A stretch of DNA of 64,000 nucleotides, from positions 169,892 to 233,891 of the forward strand of contig JBDHKN010000001.1 of NCBI GenBank assembly GCA_039586365.1. Direction: 5' to 3'. The notes below the pieces were generated by a model. It saw only the letters and a list, made by a program, of their open reading frames with translations. It was not told the DNA's origin and did not search any database. Below, piece by piece: positions 20,309 through 29,394 of this stretch (its first letter is position 1; each line of letters opens with the position of its first letter). The position numbers and the translations under genes are program-made. Origin of the DNA: Gemmatimonadota bacterium. Its GTDB lineage: Bacteria; Gemmatimonadota; Gemmatimonadetes; Gemmatimonadales; GWC2-71-9.

Positions 20309-20435
20309 TGCAATCAGGGGATATCGCGCCGTCCAGCGGAACAGGTGCCGTCTCAAGTTGGATTGTCTGTGCAACCCCCACTGACTGGTCGACTGTCTGC
20401 AATTCCATCGGACCACTAGCCCCTAGAGAATCACT

Positions 20436-21548
20436 ATGACAATTCGCGCTGCGGTGATGACCGCTCCCAATGAACCGATAGAGCTGTGGAACCTCGACGA
20501 CCCCCAAATGGAACCGGGCTCCATTCTGTTGGAGACCGTGGCCAGTGAAGTCTGCGGTACCGACGTTCACCTACACCATGGTCGACTCGCCGGAGTCCCC
20601 TATCCCATCATTCCGGGTCATGTGAGCGTGGGGCGAGTGGCTGAGCTGCGGGATGTTGTGCGGGACGGTTTGGGTGAGCCACTCGCCACAGGTGATCTAG
20701 TCACCTTTTACGACGTAACCGAAACCTGCAATACGTGCTGGTACTGCACCGTCGCGCAGCAACCGAATCGCTGTCCCAGCCGTCGGGTATATGGAATCAC
20801 TTATTCAGCCACTGATGGGCTATTGGGGGGCTGGGCCGAACGGATCTACTTGAAGCCGGGTGTGCGGGTACTCAAGCTGCCCGAGTCGCTCACGGCGGAC
20901 GATGTAATTGGAGGCGGGTGTGGCCTGTTCACGGGGTTTGCCGCGGCCGACCGAAGTCGCCTGAGGCTGGGTGACACGGTGGTTGTGCAGGGGGCTGGCC
21001 CAGTCGGCCTCGCCGCTGCAGCGTTTGCCTCCGTAGGTGGAGCCGACTGTGTAATCGTGGTTGGAGCTCCCGAAGACCGTCTGCAGCTGGCGCAGCGACT
21101 CGGTGCCGACGTGGTGCTGTCATTGGAGACAATGGCTGCGGAAGATCGTAGTGAGGCCGTGCGCACGCTGACCGGTGGTCGTGGCGCGGACGTAGTCGTC
21201 GAGGCAAGTGGGAATCCAGAGGCTATACCTCAAGGCTTTGATCTGCTCCGCGATGGTGGAACCTACGTTATAGCGGGGCATTACACGGATGCAGGTAGCA
21301 TCGCGATCAACCCGCATGTAGCCATCAACCGCAAGCACGCCGACATCCGGGGTCAGTGGGGTACCGATTTCCGTCATGTGGTTCGGGCTCTGAAGCTGTT
21401 GTCGCGACACGTCGACCGGTTGCCGTTCGCGCAGGTGATTGGAGGGCGCTACGGACTGGAGCAGGCGGGACAGGCGTTAGAGGATGTGGGGGGCCTGCGC
21501 GTGACCAAGGCGATAATACAGCCGCAGCTTGCGACTGGCGGAGCGTAG
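20436..21548 (+). CDS. Zinc-binding (MDR) dehydrogenase
   Basis: VCGTDVH, CNTCWYC...C, GAGPVG, GADVVVEASG. Confidence 0.9.
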   Translation: MTIRAAVMTAPNEPIELWNLDDPQMEPGSILLETVASEVCGTDVHLHHGRLAGVPYPIIPGHVSVGRVAELRDVVRDGLGEPLATGDLVTFYDVTETCNTCWYCTVAQQPNRCPSRRVYGITYSATDGLLGGWAERIYLKPGVRVLKLPESLTADDVIGGGCGLFTGFAAADRSRLRLGDTVVVQGAGPVGLAAAAFASVGGADCVIVVGAPEDRLQLAQRLGADVVLSLETMAAEDRSEAVRTLTGGRGADVVVEASGNPEAIPQGFDLLRDGGTYVIAGHYTDAGSIAINPHVAINRKHADIRGQWGTDFRHVVRALKLLSRHVDRLPFAQVIGGRYGLEQAGQALEDVGGLRVTKAIIQPQLATGGA

Positions 21549-21583
21549 GTATGAAACGAATGATCGCCCTTGCGTCTCACCGC

Positions 21584-23083
21584 TCACCGTCTTGCTCTCA
21601 TGCTCTCGAACATGCGAGCGACGCCCTCCGGTGGCCTAGTGAAGTAGCTCACCACCACCGTAACCAGCAGTCCTGCCATGAAAGCGGGGATCAGCTCATA
21701 GAGCCGTGAATTGAGCGCGGGGATTCGGTCCCACACGATCGTGATGAGGGCTCCGGTCACCAGCCCGGCTATCACGCCCGTTCGGGTAGTACGTCGCCAG
21801 TACAGGGCCAGGATGGAGGTCGGGCCGAAAGACGCACCCAAGCCGGCCCAAGCCAGCAGCACTAGCCAGAACACGCCGATCTTCTCGGCGATGAGACCGA
21901 AGCCCACCGCTGCTGCAACTAACGCTACCACCACAATCCGGCTATACCGCACCAGTCGCTGCTGTGGAATCGTAGCGCCAGAGTGCAGAATCTTCTCGTA
22001 AAAGTCTCGCACCACGCTCGACGTTGACACCAGTAGCTGGGAGTCAGCGGTCGAGATGATGGCCGCGAAGATCGACGCGACTACGACGCCGAAGAACACC
22101 GGATGCAGGTGCTGTGATGCAAGAAGCGGATAGAGCTGTTCCGGGTCAGCATCGGGCAGCATTGCCGCGTCCGGGAAATAGACCCGGCCGGCGAGGCCGA
22201 TGAACAGTGCTCCCCACGCCATGACCACGTTCCAAATGGTCCCAACCACCGCCGAGGCACGTAGCTGATCCGGGTTGGCAATCGACATGTAGCGCACGAT
22301 GATGTGGGGGTTCCCGGGTGAGCCTAGCCCAATGCCGAGGAAGCCGATCATGGCTCCGGCGCCCAGTGCCACCGGATCGATCAATGTTGGATCCAGGCTG
22401 CGAAGTTGCGCAACCACAGGCTGGAGCCCGCCGAAGTCAGCGACCGCAATGAGTGGTACGGCAACCAAGGCCAGGATCATGATACAGGCCTGAAGCGTGT
22501 CGGAGAGACTCACCGCCAGGAATCCGCCTAGAGCAGTGTAGGCGAGCACTATCAGGGCGGTGAGCATAATGCCGACGCCACCGCTCAGACCGAAGCTCGC
22601 AGCAAACGCCTTCCCGCCACCGACGAACTGCGACGAGACGTACCCAATCATGAACACCAGGATGATCACAATGAGAATCGTACGGAGGAGACCGCTCTTG
22701 TCACCGAACCGCGCGGCATAGAAGTCCGGCACCGTGACGCAGTCGTAGGCTTCTGAAAACCGCCTGATCCGCTTGGCGTAGAAGATGAATAGAAACACCT
22801 CAGCGGTGATATATCCCGTCACTGCCCACACCGCGCCCACTCCCATCGTGTAAGCCATTCCGGTCACACCCAATAGCAGCCAAGCACTCCGTCCCGAGAC
22901 GACAGCAGAGAGTGCCACCACATAGCGGTGCATCTTGCGTCCGCCTACGAAGAACTCGCTCACGCCAGTCGACGAGAAGCGGACTGACAAGACGCCGATC
23001 AACACGATCACGGCCAAGTACGCGATGAAAGCTACGACAGCGAAGGGATCCGCCGAGACCTGGATAGTCGCGCCATCTTGCAC
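21584..23083 (-). CDS. Sodium:solute symporter (PutP-like sodium/proline symporter)
   Basis: SAWLLLGVTG, YTALGGFLAVS.SD, GSPGNPHI..RYM, AAIISTADSQLL. Confidence 0.88.
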   Translation of the reverse strand: MQDGATIQVSADPFAVVAFIAYLAVIVLIGVLSVRFSSTGVSEFFVGGRKMHRYVVALSAVVSGRSAWLLLGVTGMAYTMGVGAVWAVTGYITAEVFLFIFYAKRIRRFSEAYDCVTVPDFYAARFGDKSGLLRTILIVIILVFMIGYVSSQFVGGGKAFAASFGLSGGVGIMLTALIVLAYTALGGFLAVSLSDTLQACIMILALVAVPLIAVADFGGLQPVVAQLRSLDPTLIDPVALGAGAMIGFLGIGLGSPGNPHIIVRYMSIANPDQLRASAVVGTIWNVVMAWGALFIGLAGRVYFPDAAMLPDADPEQLYPLLASQHLHPVFFGVVVASIFAAIISTADSQLLVSTSSVVRDFYEKILHSGATIPQQRLVRYSRIVVVALVAAAVGFGLIAEKIGVFWLVLLAWAGLGASFGPTSILALYWRRTTRTGVIAGLVTGALITIVWDRIPALNSRLYELIPAFMAGLLVTVVVSYFTRPPEGVARMFESMRARR

Positions 23084-23182
23084 TTAATCCTCCCGTTCGT
23101 CCGTGACGCGTGCCAGCACGATCGCAGTCGCAATGATGGCAACCGGGAGGGCGAACATCACTAGAAGAAATGGAAGCGGCAT
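23084..23182 (-). CDS. 32-aa single-TM small protein, probable symporter accessory subunit
   Basis: MPLPFLLVMFALPVAIIATAIVLARVTDERED; SD GGAG upstream; TAA directly abuts the symporter GTG; absent from the ORF track. Confidence 0.75.
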   Translation of the reverse strand: MPLPFLLVMFALPVAIIATAIVLARVTDERED

Positions 23183-23372
23183 AGGCACTCCGTGGATCCG
23201 TGGGGCCTGTCGTCGTCGAACCGTGGGGCGGTTGAGTCGTGCCACGGGCCTGCTGGGGACCCAATGTTACGGGGTTGGGGGGAAGATGCTAGGGTACAAA
23301 CGCCCGGGGCTGGCGTTCGCTTGACGGTTCTGCGGGACAGTAGGCCCGGCAGGATCAGTCATCCAACTTAGA

Positions 23373-24929
23373 GTGCAGGCTGCTGGAGAGCTGTTGTTGG
23401 CTCTGCTGCCGAGCGATGAGACCGTTGAGCCTGCGGACGTAGATGGCGTTAGTCCACAGGCGGTCCAGATATTGGTGCAGGCCGAGCGGGAGTTCCACTC
23501 CGGGCGATTCGAGAGGGCGCTGGAGCTGTACAGTGCGGCGGTGCAGGAGGATTCGACGTTCGCCCTTGCTGGGGCAAGGGGAGCGCAGGCGGCGAGCTGG
23601 AAGCACAAGCAAGAAGAAGCGATCAACTTGATCGAGATTACAGTGGCCAATGTGGAGCAGCTCGCGCCACGGTGGGCACACTTTGCACGCGGGTTTGACG
23701 CGCATCTTCAAGCCCGGGCAGACAACGCGGTGTATCACTTCGAGCAGGCGATCGCACATAGCGAAACCTGGGCCGAGGGTTGGATGGGCCTCGCCGAGAC
23801 GTACCAACACCTGCTGCCGCGGAAGACACCGCAGGACTCGCTCGCGCGAGCGGGCTTCGAGGAGGTTTATCGACGCAAGCCGGGCTACGTACCAGCGCTC
23901 TACCACCTGGCGGAGTTCGCCATGCGGGAGGGAGATCTCGATGGGGCCGACAGCCTGCTGCTCGAATATCGAGCGGCCGATCCCGAGGAGGACGTGCTGG
24001 CGAACCTCGAGTTGGCATTGGCGTGCGTGTTGCGCTCGCCGGGCGCGATCGACTGGCGGCACCACGTGCTGGAGGATGCGAACCGCGTTTATCAGGCCGC
24101 GAAGCTCTTGGGTGTTGGCGGGGCGCATCCCGAGTGTGCCATGGCCGGGTGGCAGGCGGTGTTGGATTACGACACCACCACGAGCGAGAACTACCTGTTC
24201 GGCTCGTTGATGGGGCTGCAGAGCATGCTGGTCGCCACCGGCAGCAGCGACAGGCTGCGAGTGTTGTTGGACTCGGCGGCCGCATCTGGTTCTCGGACCG
24301 GACAGGCGGGCCTGCTCAGCTACATCGTAGATGCGTTGGTCGGAGCGGATGTGGAGGCGCAGGCGCAGGCGGTGGCTGATTCACTGAGGCACAATCTAGA
24401 CAGTCTGAGTGAGCCAAGGCTCTGGTACCTTGCCGTGTGGGATTCGCATCGTGGCCGTGTTGACGAAGCGGTCGTGGTGCGCGACTCGCTCAGATCATTG
24501 GCGGGCCGGGGCAGCCAGCGTGCGGCGCTGATGGCGGATGCCCTTACCGCCCATGTCGATCTAGCACGAGGTGACACCGCCCGTGCGCTCGACCTCCTGG
24601 GAAACCTCGAACCCACCGGGCAACGCTCCAGCTACCAGAATCCATGGGAGTCGCTGGGCTTCGAGCGCATTGCGCTCGCGCGATTGCTGTACGTCCGCAG
24701 TGACTATGAGGCGGCATATCGGATTGCGGCGACGCTCGATTCACCGTGCGCAGCGAGTGTGATCTATCCGGTGTTTCTGCCGGCGAGCCTGGAGCTGCGG
24801 TTGAGGGCGGCGGAAGGAGTGGGAAATCGAAGATTGGCGGAACAGTTACGTGAGAGGTTGAGGAAGGTGGGGAGGGAGGATCTCGTCGATTCTCCGGTAG
24901 TGGACATGCCCTCCGCGCGATGGCAGTGA
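23373..24929 (+). CDS. TPR-repeat protein, apparently lacking its N-terminus (possible 5'-truncated remnant of a kinase-TPR gene)
   Basis: TPR helices (AVQEDSTFALA, ALYHLAEFA, LARGDTARAL); no good SD; in-frame TGA at 23322-23324. Confidence 0.6.
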   Translation: MQAAGELLLALLPSDETVEPADVDGVSPQAVQILVQAEREFHSGRFERALELYSAAVQEDSTFALAGARGAQAASWKHKQEEAINLIEITVANVEQLAPRWAHFARGFDAHLQARADNAVYHFEQAIAHSETWAEGWMGLAETYQHLLPRKTPQDSLARAGFEEVYRRKPGYVPALYHLAEFAMREGDLDGADSLLLEYRAADPEEDVLANLELALACVLRSPGAIDWRHHVLEDANRVYQAAKLLGVGGAHPECAMAGWQAVLDYDTTTSENYLFGSLMGLQSMLVATGSSDRLRVLLDSAAASGSRTGQAGLLSYIVDALVGADVEAQAQAVADSLRHNLDSLSEPRLWYLAVWDSHRGRVDEAVVVRDSLRSLAGRGSQRAALMADALTAHVDLARGDTARALDLLGNLEPTGQRSSYQNPWESLGFERIALARLLYVRSDYEAAYRIAATLDSPCAASVIYPVFLPASLELRLRAAEGVGNRRLAEQLRERLRKVGREDLVDSPVVDMPSARWQ

Positions 24930-24956
24930 GCTTAAACCTGGCCGCAGTGAACACCC

Positions 24957-25784
24957 CTAGACCAGAGCCGCGGCCAGCTCGCTTGCCGACTGCGGCCTGT
25001 CACCTCGCTCCTTCGCCAGTGCCCAGTGCACTGCAGCCTCGACGTGCTGCGGCAGGTCCGGCCGCACTACGCGCAAAGAGGGCGGTGGCAGCCCAATCTG
25101 CTTTGACATGATCGCCTGCGCTGAGCGGCCGGTGAACGGTGGCTCCCCGATCAGCATCTCGTAGACGACACAGGCCAGCGAGTAGATGTCGCTGCTGCCG
25201 TCCAGGTCGCTATCTCCTCGTGCCTGTTCCGGACTCATGTAGGGTGGCGTTCCGATGATGATTCCGGTGGAGGAAAGCGACTCGCCACCCGAGTGGATTA
25301 TCGCCCGCGCAATGCCGAAGTCGCACAGCCGTGCCCGCCCTTCGTGAAACAGGACGTTGCCCGGCTTCATGTCGCGGTGCACGATGTTGTTGGCATGCGA
25401 GTAATCCAAGGCGGCTGCCACCTGGCGCACGATGTCAACAGTCTCCGTGAGCGACAGATAGCCCGTGTTGCTGATCCGCGGAATCAGTGATCCGCCGTCT
25501 GCGAAGGGCATCACGTAGTACAGCAGCCGGCCGGCTTCATCGGACGCCAACAGCGGTAGAATGTTGGGGTGTTGCAGGGTTTGGAGGAACTTGATCTCAC
25601 GGTGGAATCGGGCGGCGCCCCTAGGCACCCTGAATGAGGGATTCAATACCTTGACCGCAACTCGCTTGCCGTCCGCAAGACACACCGCCAAGAAGACCGT
25701 TGCCATGGCCCCCCGGCCAAGCCGGCGCTGGATATCGTACTTGTCCCACAACGCTGACTGAACGGTCTCGAGAGAGATGGGCAG
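24957..25784 (-). CDS. Stand-alone Hanks-type Ser/Thr protein kinase; probable CTG start 25784 (ORF track TTG 25751)
   Basis: GRGAMATV, VAVK, HRDMKPGN, DFG, GTPPYMSPEQ, DIYSLAC. Confidence 0.92.
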   Translation of the reverse strand: MPISLETVQSALWDKYDIQRRLGRGAMATVFLAVCLADGKRVAVKVLNPSFRVPRGAARFHREIKFLQTLQHPNILPLLASDEAGRLLYYVMPFADGGSLIPRISNTGYLSLTETVDIVRQVAAALDYSHANNIVHRDMKPGNVLFHEGRARLCDFGIARAIIHSGGESLSSTGIIIGTPPYMSPEQARGDSDLDGSSDIYSLACVVYEMLIGEPPFTGRSAQAIMSKQIGLPPPSLRVVRPDLPQHVEAAVHWALAKERGDRPQSASELAAALV

Positions 25785-25850
25785 GGTGGCCTCCGGAGGC
25801 GGGGGATGTCACTAGGATACGGTCGAAGGGGCGGGTATGCCAGAGCATGA

Positions 25851-25914
25851 GGATGGTGGAAGACGGTGCAGGTTATTGGTAATCTCTCCCGTCCTCCACC
25901 GTCTCTCACCATCC
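25851..25914. repeat. Inverted repeat built from 10-nt tandem units (REP-like hairpin)
   Basis: GGATGGTGGAAGACGGTGCAGG vs reverse complement of 25893-25914 match 19/22; tandem GTCCTCCACC/GTCTCTCACC/ATCCTTCACC. Confidence 0.7.
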
Positions 25915-25924
25915 TTCACCAACT

Positions 25925-27142
25925 CTAAATAGCCGCCGACGCCTCCAACTCCTTCTTCCCGGTCTCGGGGAGCCAGATCAAGATTAGTACGAGAGCGATC
26001 ACAACAGACACCGTCGTAACAGACACAGAAGTACCCCAACCAACCGACTCGGCCGCCTTGCCTACGATGACTGGTGCGATGACGTAACCTATGCGACCAA
26101 GCAAGTTGTTGGACCACGCGAATGCGTCAGACCGCAAGTCGGTGGGGAAGAGCTCGGTTGTGAACGCGTTGAGAAGCGCCAGCAGTGCGATGGCTGCGAA
26201 GATCGCAAACGCGAGGCACGTCGTTAGAATCCAGAAGCTCGTGAGTTGGTAGGCTAGGACCACGAACACGGCGGAAACACTGTAGATCAAGACTGCACTG
26301 CGACGCCTGCCCCATAGGTCGAGTAGCTTGCCGATACTGAAGATGAACGGCATTGCGATGATAGAGGCGACTGTCAGTGCCGTCGCCACCTGGCCGTCGC
26401 TGAAGCCGGCCTCTGCAACCGCGTACTCCTTCCAGAACACCACGACAACGTTGGTGCACATGTAGGTGAGCCCCCAGATGAGCGCCATCTGGAGCACACG
26501 CTTGCGATAGGGACTTCGCAGAATCGCGATCAACGGTCGCCTGGTGTCGGTGCGCTTGGCAGCGTAGTCGGCAAAGCGCTTCGTCTCGCGCAGGCCGCGC
26601 CGCGCGTAGGCCAGCAGCAGCAACGGGATGATCCCCACGAAGTAGACGGTGCGCCAACCGTAGGGGTTCGAGATGAGGAGAGGCACGACTGCGGCGCAGG
26701 TTATCGATCCCAACGAATTGAATGCCTGCAGAACCCCCAATGCGAATCCGCGTTGTTCCGCCGGAAACTCCTCCGCCGCGATGACCATGCCCAACGCCCA
26801 CTCGGCGATGAGAAAGACGCGTCCGGTGAACTGGTACAGAGTGAAGTCATAGGCGGAGCGAGAGAGGCCGGTGAGGAACGTGAAGAAAGCGTAGCCCAGA
26901 ATCGTAATGGCTAGGACCCTGCGCCTACCCCACTTGTCACCCAGCCGCACCAGGAAGTATGAAACCACCGTGCCCACGCTGATCACGCTCACGATCAGGC
27001 CGCCCTCACCCTCGGTGAGCGCCATCTCCGCGCGGAGGTTGGGCAGGATCTGACTGAGTGCAGTGAAGTCGTAACCCTCGAAGAAGGTCGCGACGCTCAG
27101 GAAGACGAAGAGTCGCTTCTGGTAACTGGTGAACTTGCCCAC
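25925..27142 (-). CDS. MFS transporter
   Basis: FEGYD, motif A LGDKWGRR and LLDLWGRR, ELFPT..R, LPET; ~12 TM. Confidence 0.92.
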   Translation of the reverse strand: MGKFTSYQKRLFVFLSVATFFEGYDFTALSQILPNLRAEMALTEGEGGLIVSVISVGTVVSYFLVRLGDKWGRRRVLAITILGYAFFTFLTGLSRSAYDFTLYQFTGRVFLIAEWALGMVIAAEEFPAEQRGFALGVLQAFNSLGSITCAAVVPLLISNPYGWRTVYFVGIIPLLLLAYARRGLRETKRFADYAAKRTDTRRPLIAILRSPYRKRVLQMALIWGLTYMCTNVVVVFWKEYAVAEAGFSDGQVATALTVASIIAMPFIFSIGKLLDLWGRRRSAVLIYSVSAVFVVLAYQLTSFWILTTCLAFAIFAAIALLALLNAFTTELFPTDLRSDAFAWSNNLLGRIGYVIAPVIVGKAAESVGWGTSVSVTTVSVVIALVLILIWLPETGKKELEASAAI

Positions 27143-28485
27143 TAGCGCCCTGTGGACGGGAATACGACTACACTCTCATGTCCGACGGCGCTCACAGCTG
27201 CCACGCCGAAAAAGTAGTTGTCGATTATGATCCCCTCGAACGTGTGCTCAAGCGCGTCGCCGACCCAGCGCGAGAAATCCCACGTCGGTGAGTCGGTGAC
27301 CCTCCAGTATACCCGATATCCGACGACGTTTGCCGTATCGGCAGCCGGTTCCCAGGTCAGTCGCGCCGACGGTCGATTGGAACCCCCGATCCGTACCACT
27401 CCTGGTGGACCAGGCGCCCAGGCTAGCGATGCCAACGTCACCGCGTTCAACGCGGTTATCTTGGCCGCGTAACTGAAGTCAACTGCCTCCAACACGTCAC
27501 CATAAGCGATGCCGTTCTCCACTCTGATGTCCTGGTGCTGGCGGTTGTAGTTCTCATGGGCCTCCATGACACGAACAGCCGGGTACCCCAAATCCGCGAA
27601 TGGACGGTGGTGGCCCCCGCGCCCGAAACGATCGAGGCGGTACACCATCATCACGTCCAGGTTGTTGATGTATCGGTCCGCCATGCGGTCCACGTAGCGT
27701 GCCAGTTGGCGGGAGATTCCGTCGACTTCGCCACCGGTGGACCTCCGCGCCCTACGCTGCTCCTCGGTCTCAGTAGGGGGGGTGCCGTCCGAGAACACCC
27801 GGACCTGTGTGTTGTCGCTGACACCGCTGATGCCCTCGACGTTGCCGATCATGTCGTTGTTGAGTAGGCCTTGGATGTTCCAGCCATGCTCCTGCGCGTA
27901 GCGTGCCACCGTCTGGCCACCCAGCAGTCCTTGTTCCTCTCCCGAAAGGCCCAAATACACGATCGAGCCGTTGAACCTGTACGTGGACAGCACGCGGGCG
28001 GCTTCAATCGTCCCGGCCATGCCACTGGCATTGTCGTTGGCCCCCGGAGCTGAGTCGACTGCGTTGGAGCCACTGCTGATGCGGCTGTCGATGTCTCCGC
28101 TCATGATGACCATGCGGTTGGGATCGGAGATCCCGCGTTGAATCGCAACTACGTTCACGACATCGGTAGAGTCAGAAATACGTCGCGTGGGTGGATAGAT
28201 CTCGGATATGTAGAAGACTTCCAGACAGCCCCCGCAGTTGCTCGAGATTCGGTCGAACTCGGCCTTGATCCAGCGTCGAGCCGCACCGATACCGCGCGTC
28301 TCCGATAGGGTGTCGGACAACGTGTTGCGGGTTCCGAAGCTCACCAGTGTGGTGACATCAGCCGCGATCCGACTTGCAGCCACTGAGTCTACGATCGCGT
28401 GTAGCCGTGGATCCTCGCGAGATGCGGTTTGGGCCAGTACGGGAGCTGGTGTGGCCAGACAGAGCAAGATCGCAACCAGTTTCAT
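27142..28485 (-). CDS. Secreted M28-family metallopeptidase
   Basis: APGANDNASG, SGEEQGL, NNDMIGN; signal peptide ...PVLA|Q. Confidence 0.9.
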   Translation of the reverse strand: MKLVAILLCLATPAPVLAQTASREDPRLHAIVDSVAASRIAADVTTLVSFGTRNTLSDTLSETRGIGAARRWIKAEFDRISSNCGGCLEVFYISEIYPPTRRISDSTDVVNVVAIQRGISDPNRMVIMSGDIDSRISSGSNAVDSAPGANDNASGMAGTIEAARVLSTYRFNGSIVYLGLSGEEQGLLGGQTVARYAQEHGWNIQGLLNNDMIGNVEGISGVSDNTQVRVFSDGTPPTETEEQRRARRSTGGEVDGISRQLARYVDRMADRYINNLDVMMVYRLDRFGRGGHHRPFADLGYPAVRVMEAHENYNRQHQDIRVENGIAYGDVLEAVDFSYAAKITALNAVTLASLAWAPGPPGVVRIGGSNRPSARLTWEPAADTANVVGYRVYWRVTDSPTWDFSRWVGDALEHTFEGIIIDNYFFGVAAVSAVGHESVVVFPSTGR

Positions 28486-28719
28486 CTATGGCTCCGAAGA
28501 GAGGGATGAATACGGCGAGACGGGGGCTTGGGACACGTTGCTGGCCCCGGTTGGCAGTGGTGACACAGTCGTTATCACAGTGCCTGACGCAATGGTCCGC
28601 CGTTGCGAGACTGCGGTGGTACGCTACGCGGCCTGGCACATTGACGCAAGTCAGCCGAGCCGTACCTTAGATATCAGTCAACCCAGAACGCATGATGACC
28701 AAAAGTGAGGATGTGTCAT

Positions 28720-29211
28720 ATGAGGTGTTCAAGACTGCCTTTGGTGCTCGGGTGCGTAGTGGTGATGGGCTGCTCGACGGAAATGTCACTGCGGCAAGTC
28801 ACCGAAGCGGAGCAAGCCGTCAATAGCCGACTGGACACTTGGGTCCGTGCGCTCAACAACGGTGAGTTGGATACCCTGCTGTTGATGCACCATCGTGTGT
28901 CGGAGTTGACAGTCATCTGGGCTAACGGTCAGGAGGCGCAGGGATGGGAGGAGGAAGAGACGGCCTACCGGGAGTTCTTTGCGAGCATTGACCGCATGAA
29001 CTTGGCTATGCAGCGCCCGTCGATTGAGATCTTGAGTCCCCGGTTCGCGATCACGACACTGCGCCACTCCACTGATATTATCAGACAAGGTGGCGAGCGT
29101 GATGCTCCGATGGCTGGACATGCGACGTTAATCTGGGTGAAGGATCCCACTGATGACGAGTGGAAGATTCACCTGTCGCACATGTCCCAACGGCCGCCGC
29201 CGATCAACTAG
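28720..29211 (+). CDS. NTF2/SnoaL-like lipoprotein
   Basis: Lipobox VMGC; ATLIWVK...WKIHLSHMS C-terminal strands. Confidence 0.75.
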   Translation: MRCSRLPLVLGCVVVMGCSTEMSLRQVTEAEQAVNSRLDTWVRALNNGELDTLLLMHHRVSELTVIWANGQEAQGWEEEETAYREFFASIDRMNLAMQRPSIEILSPRFAITTLRHSTDIIRQGGERDAPMAGHATLIWVKDPTDDEWKIHLSHMSQRPPPIN

Positions 29212-29394
29212 CGGTCAGCGCGTAATCGGCGGTCTAGCTGCTCCCTCTGGGCGCAAACGGGAGGGTTATGACCCTCCTTTGTCTCCCCAAACCAGAGGTA
29301 AACTGCTGTTCGTGCTGTTTCGTTAGCGTCAACCGCTTGTGCGACAGGTGCTTACCATTTATTGTGTTGCAACTTCCCACTGGAGGCCCGGCTG

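Noticed and set aside
23103..23372. In-frame TGA upstream of the TPR ORF as a possible selenocysteine
   Set aside because: The upstream frame is the antisense shadow of the small membrane ORF; no redox motif or recognisable SECIS
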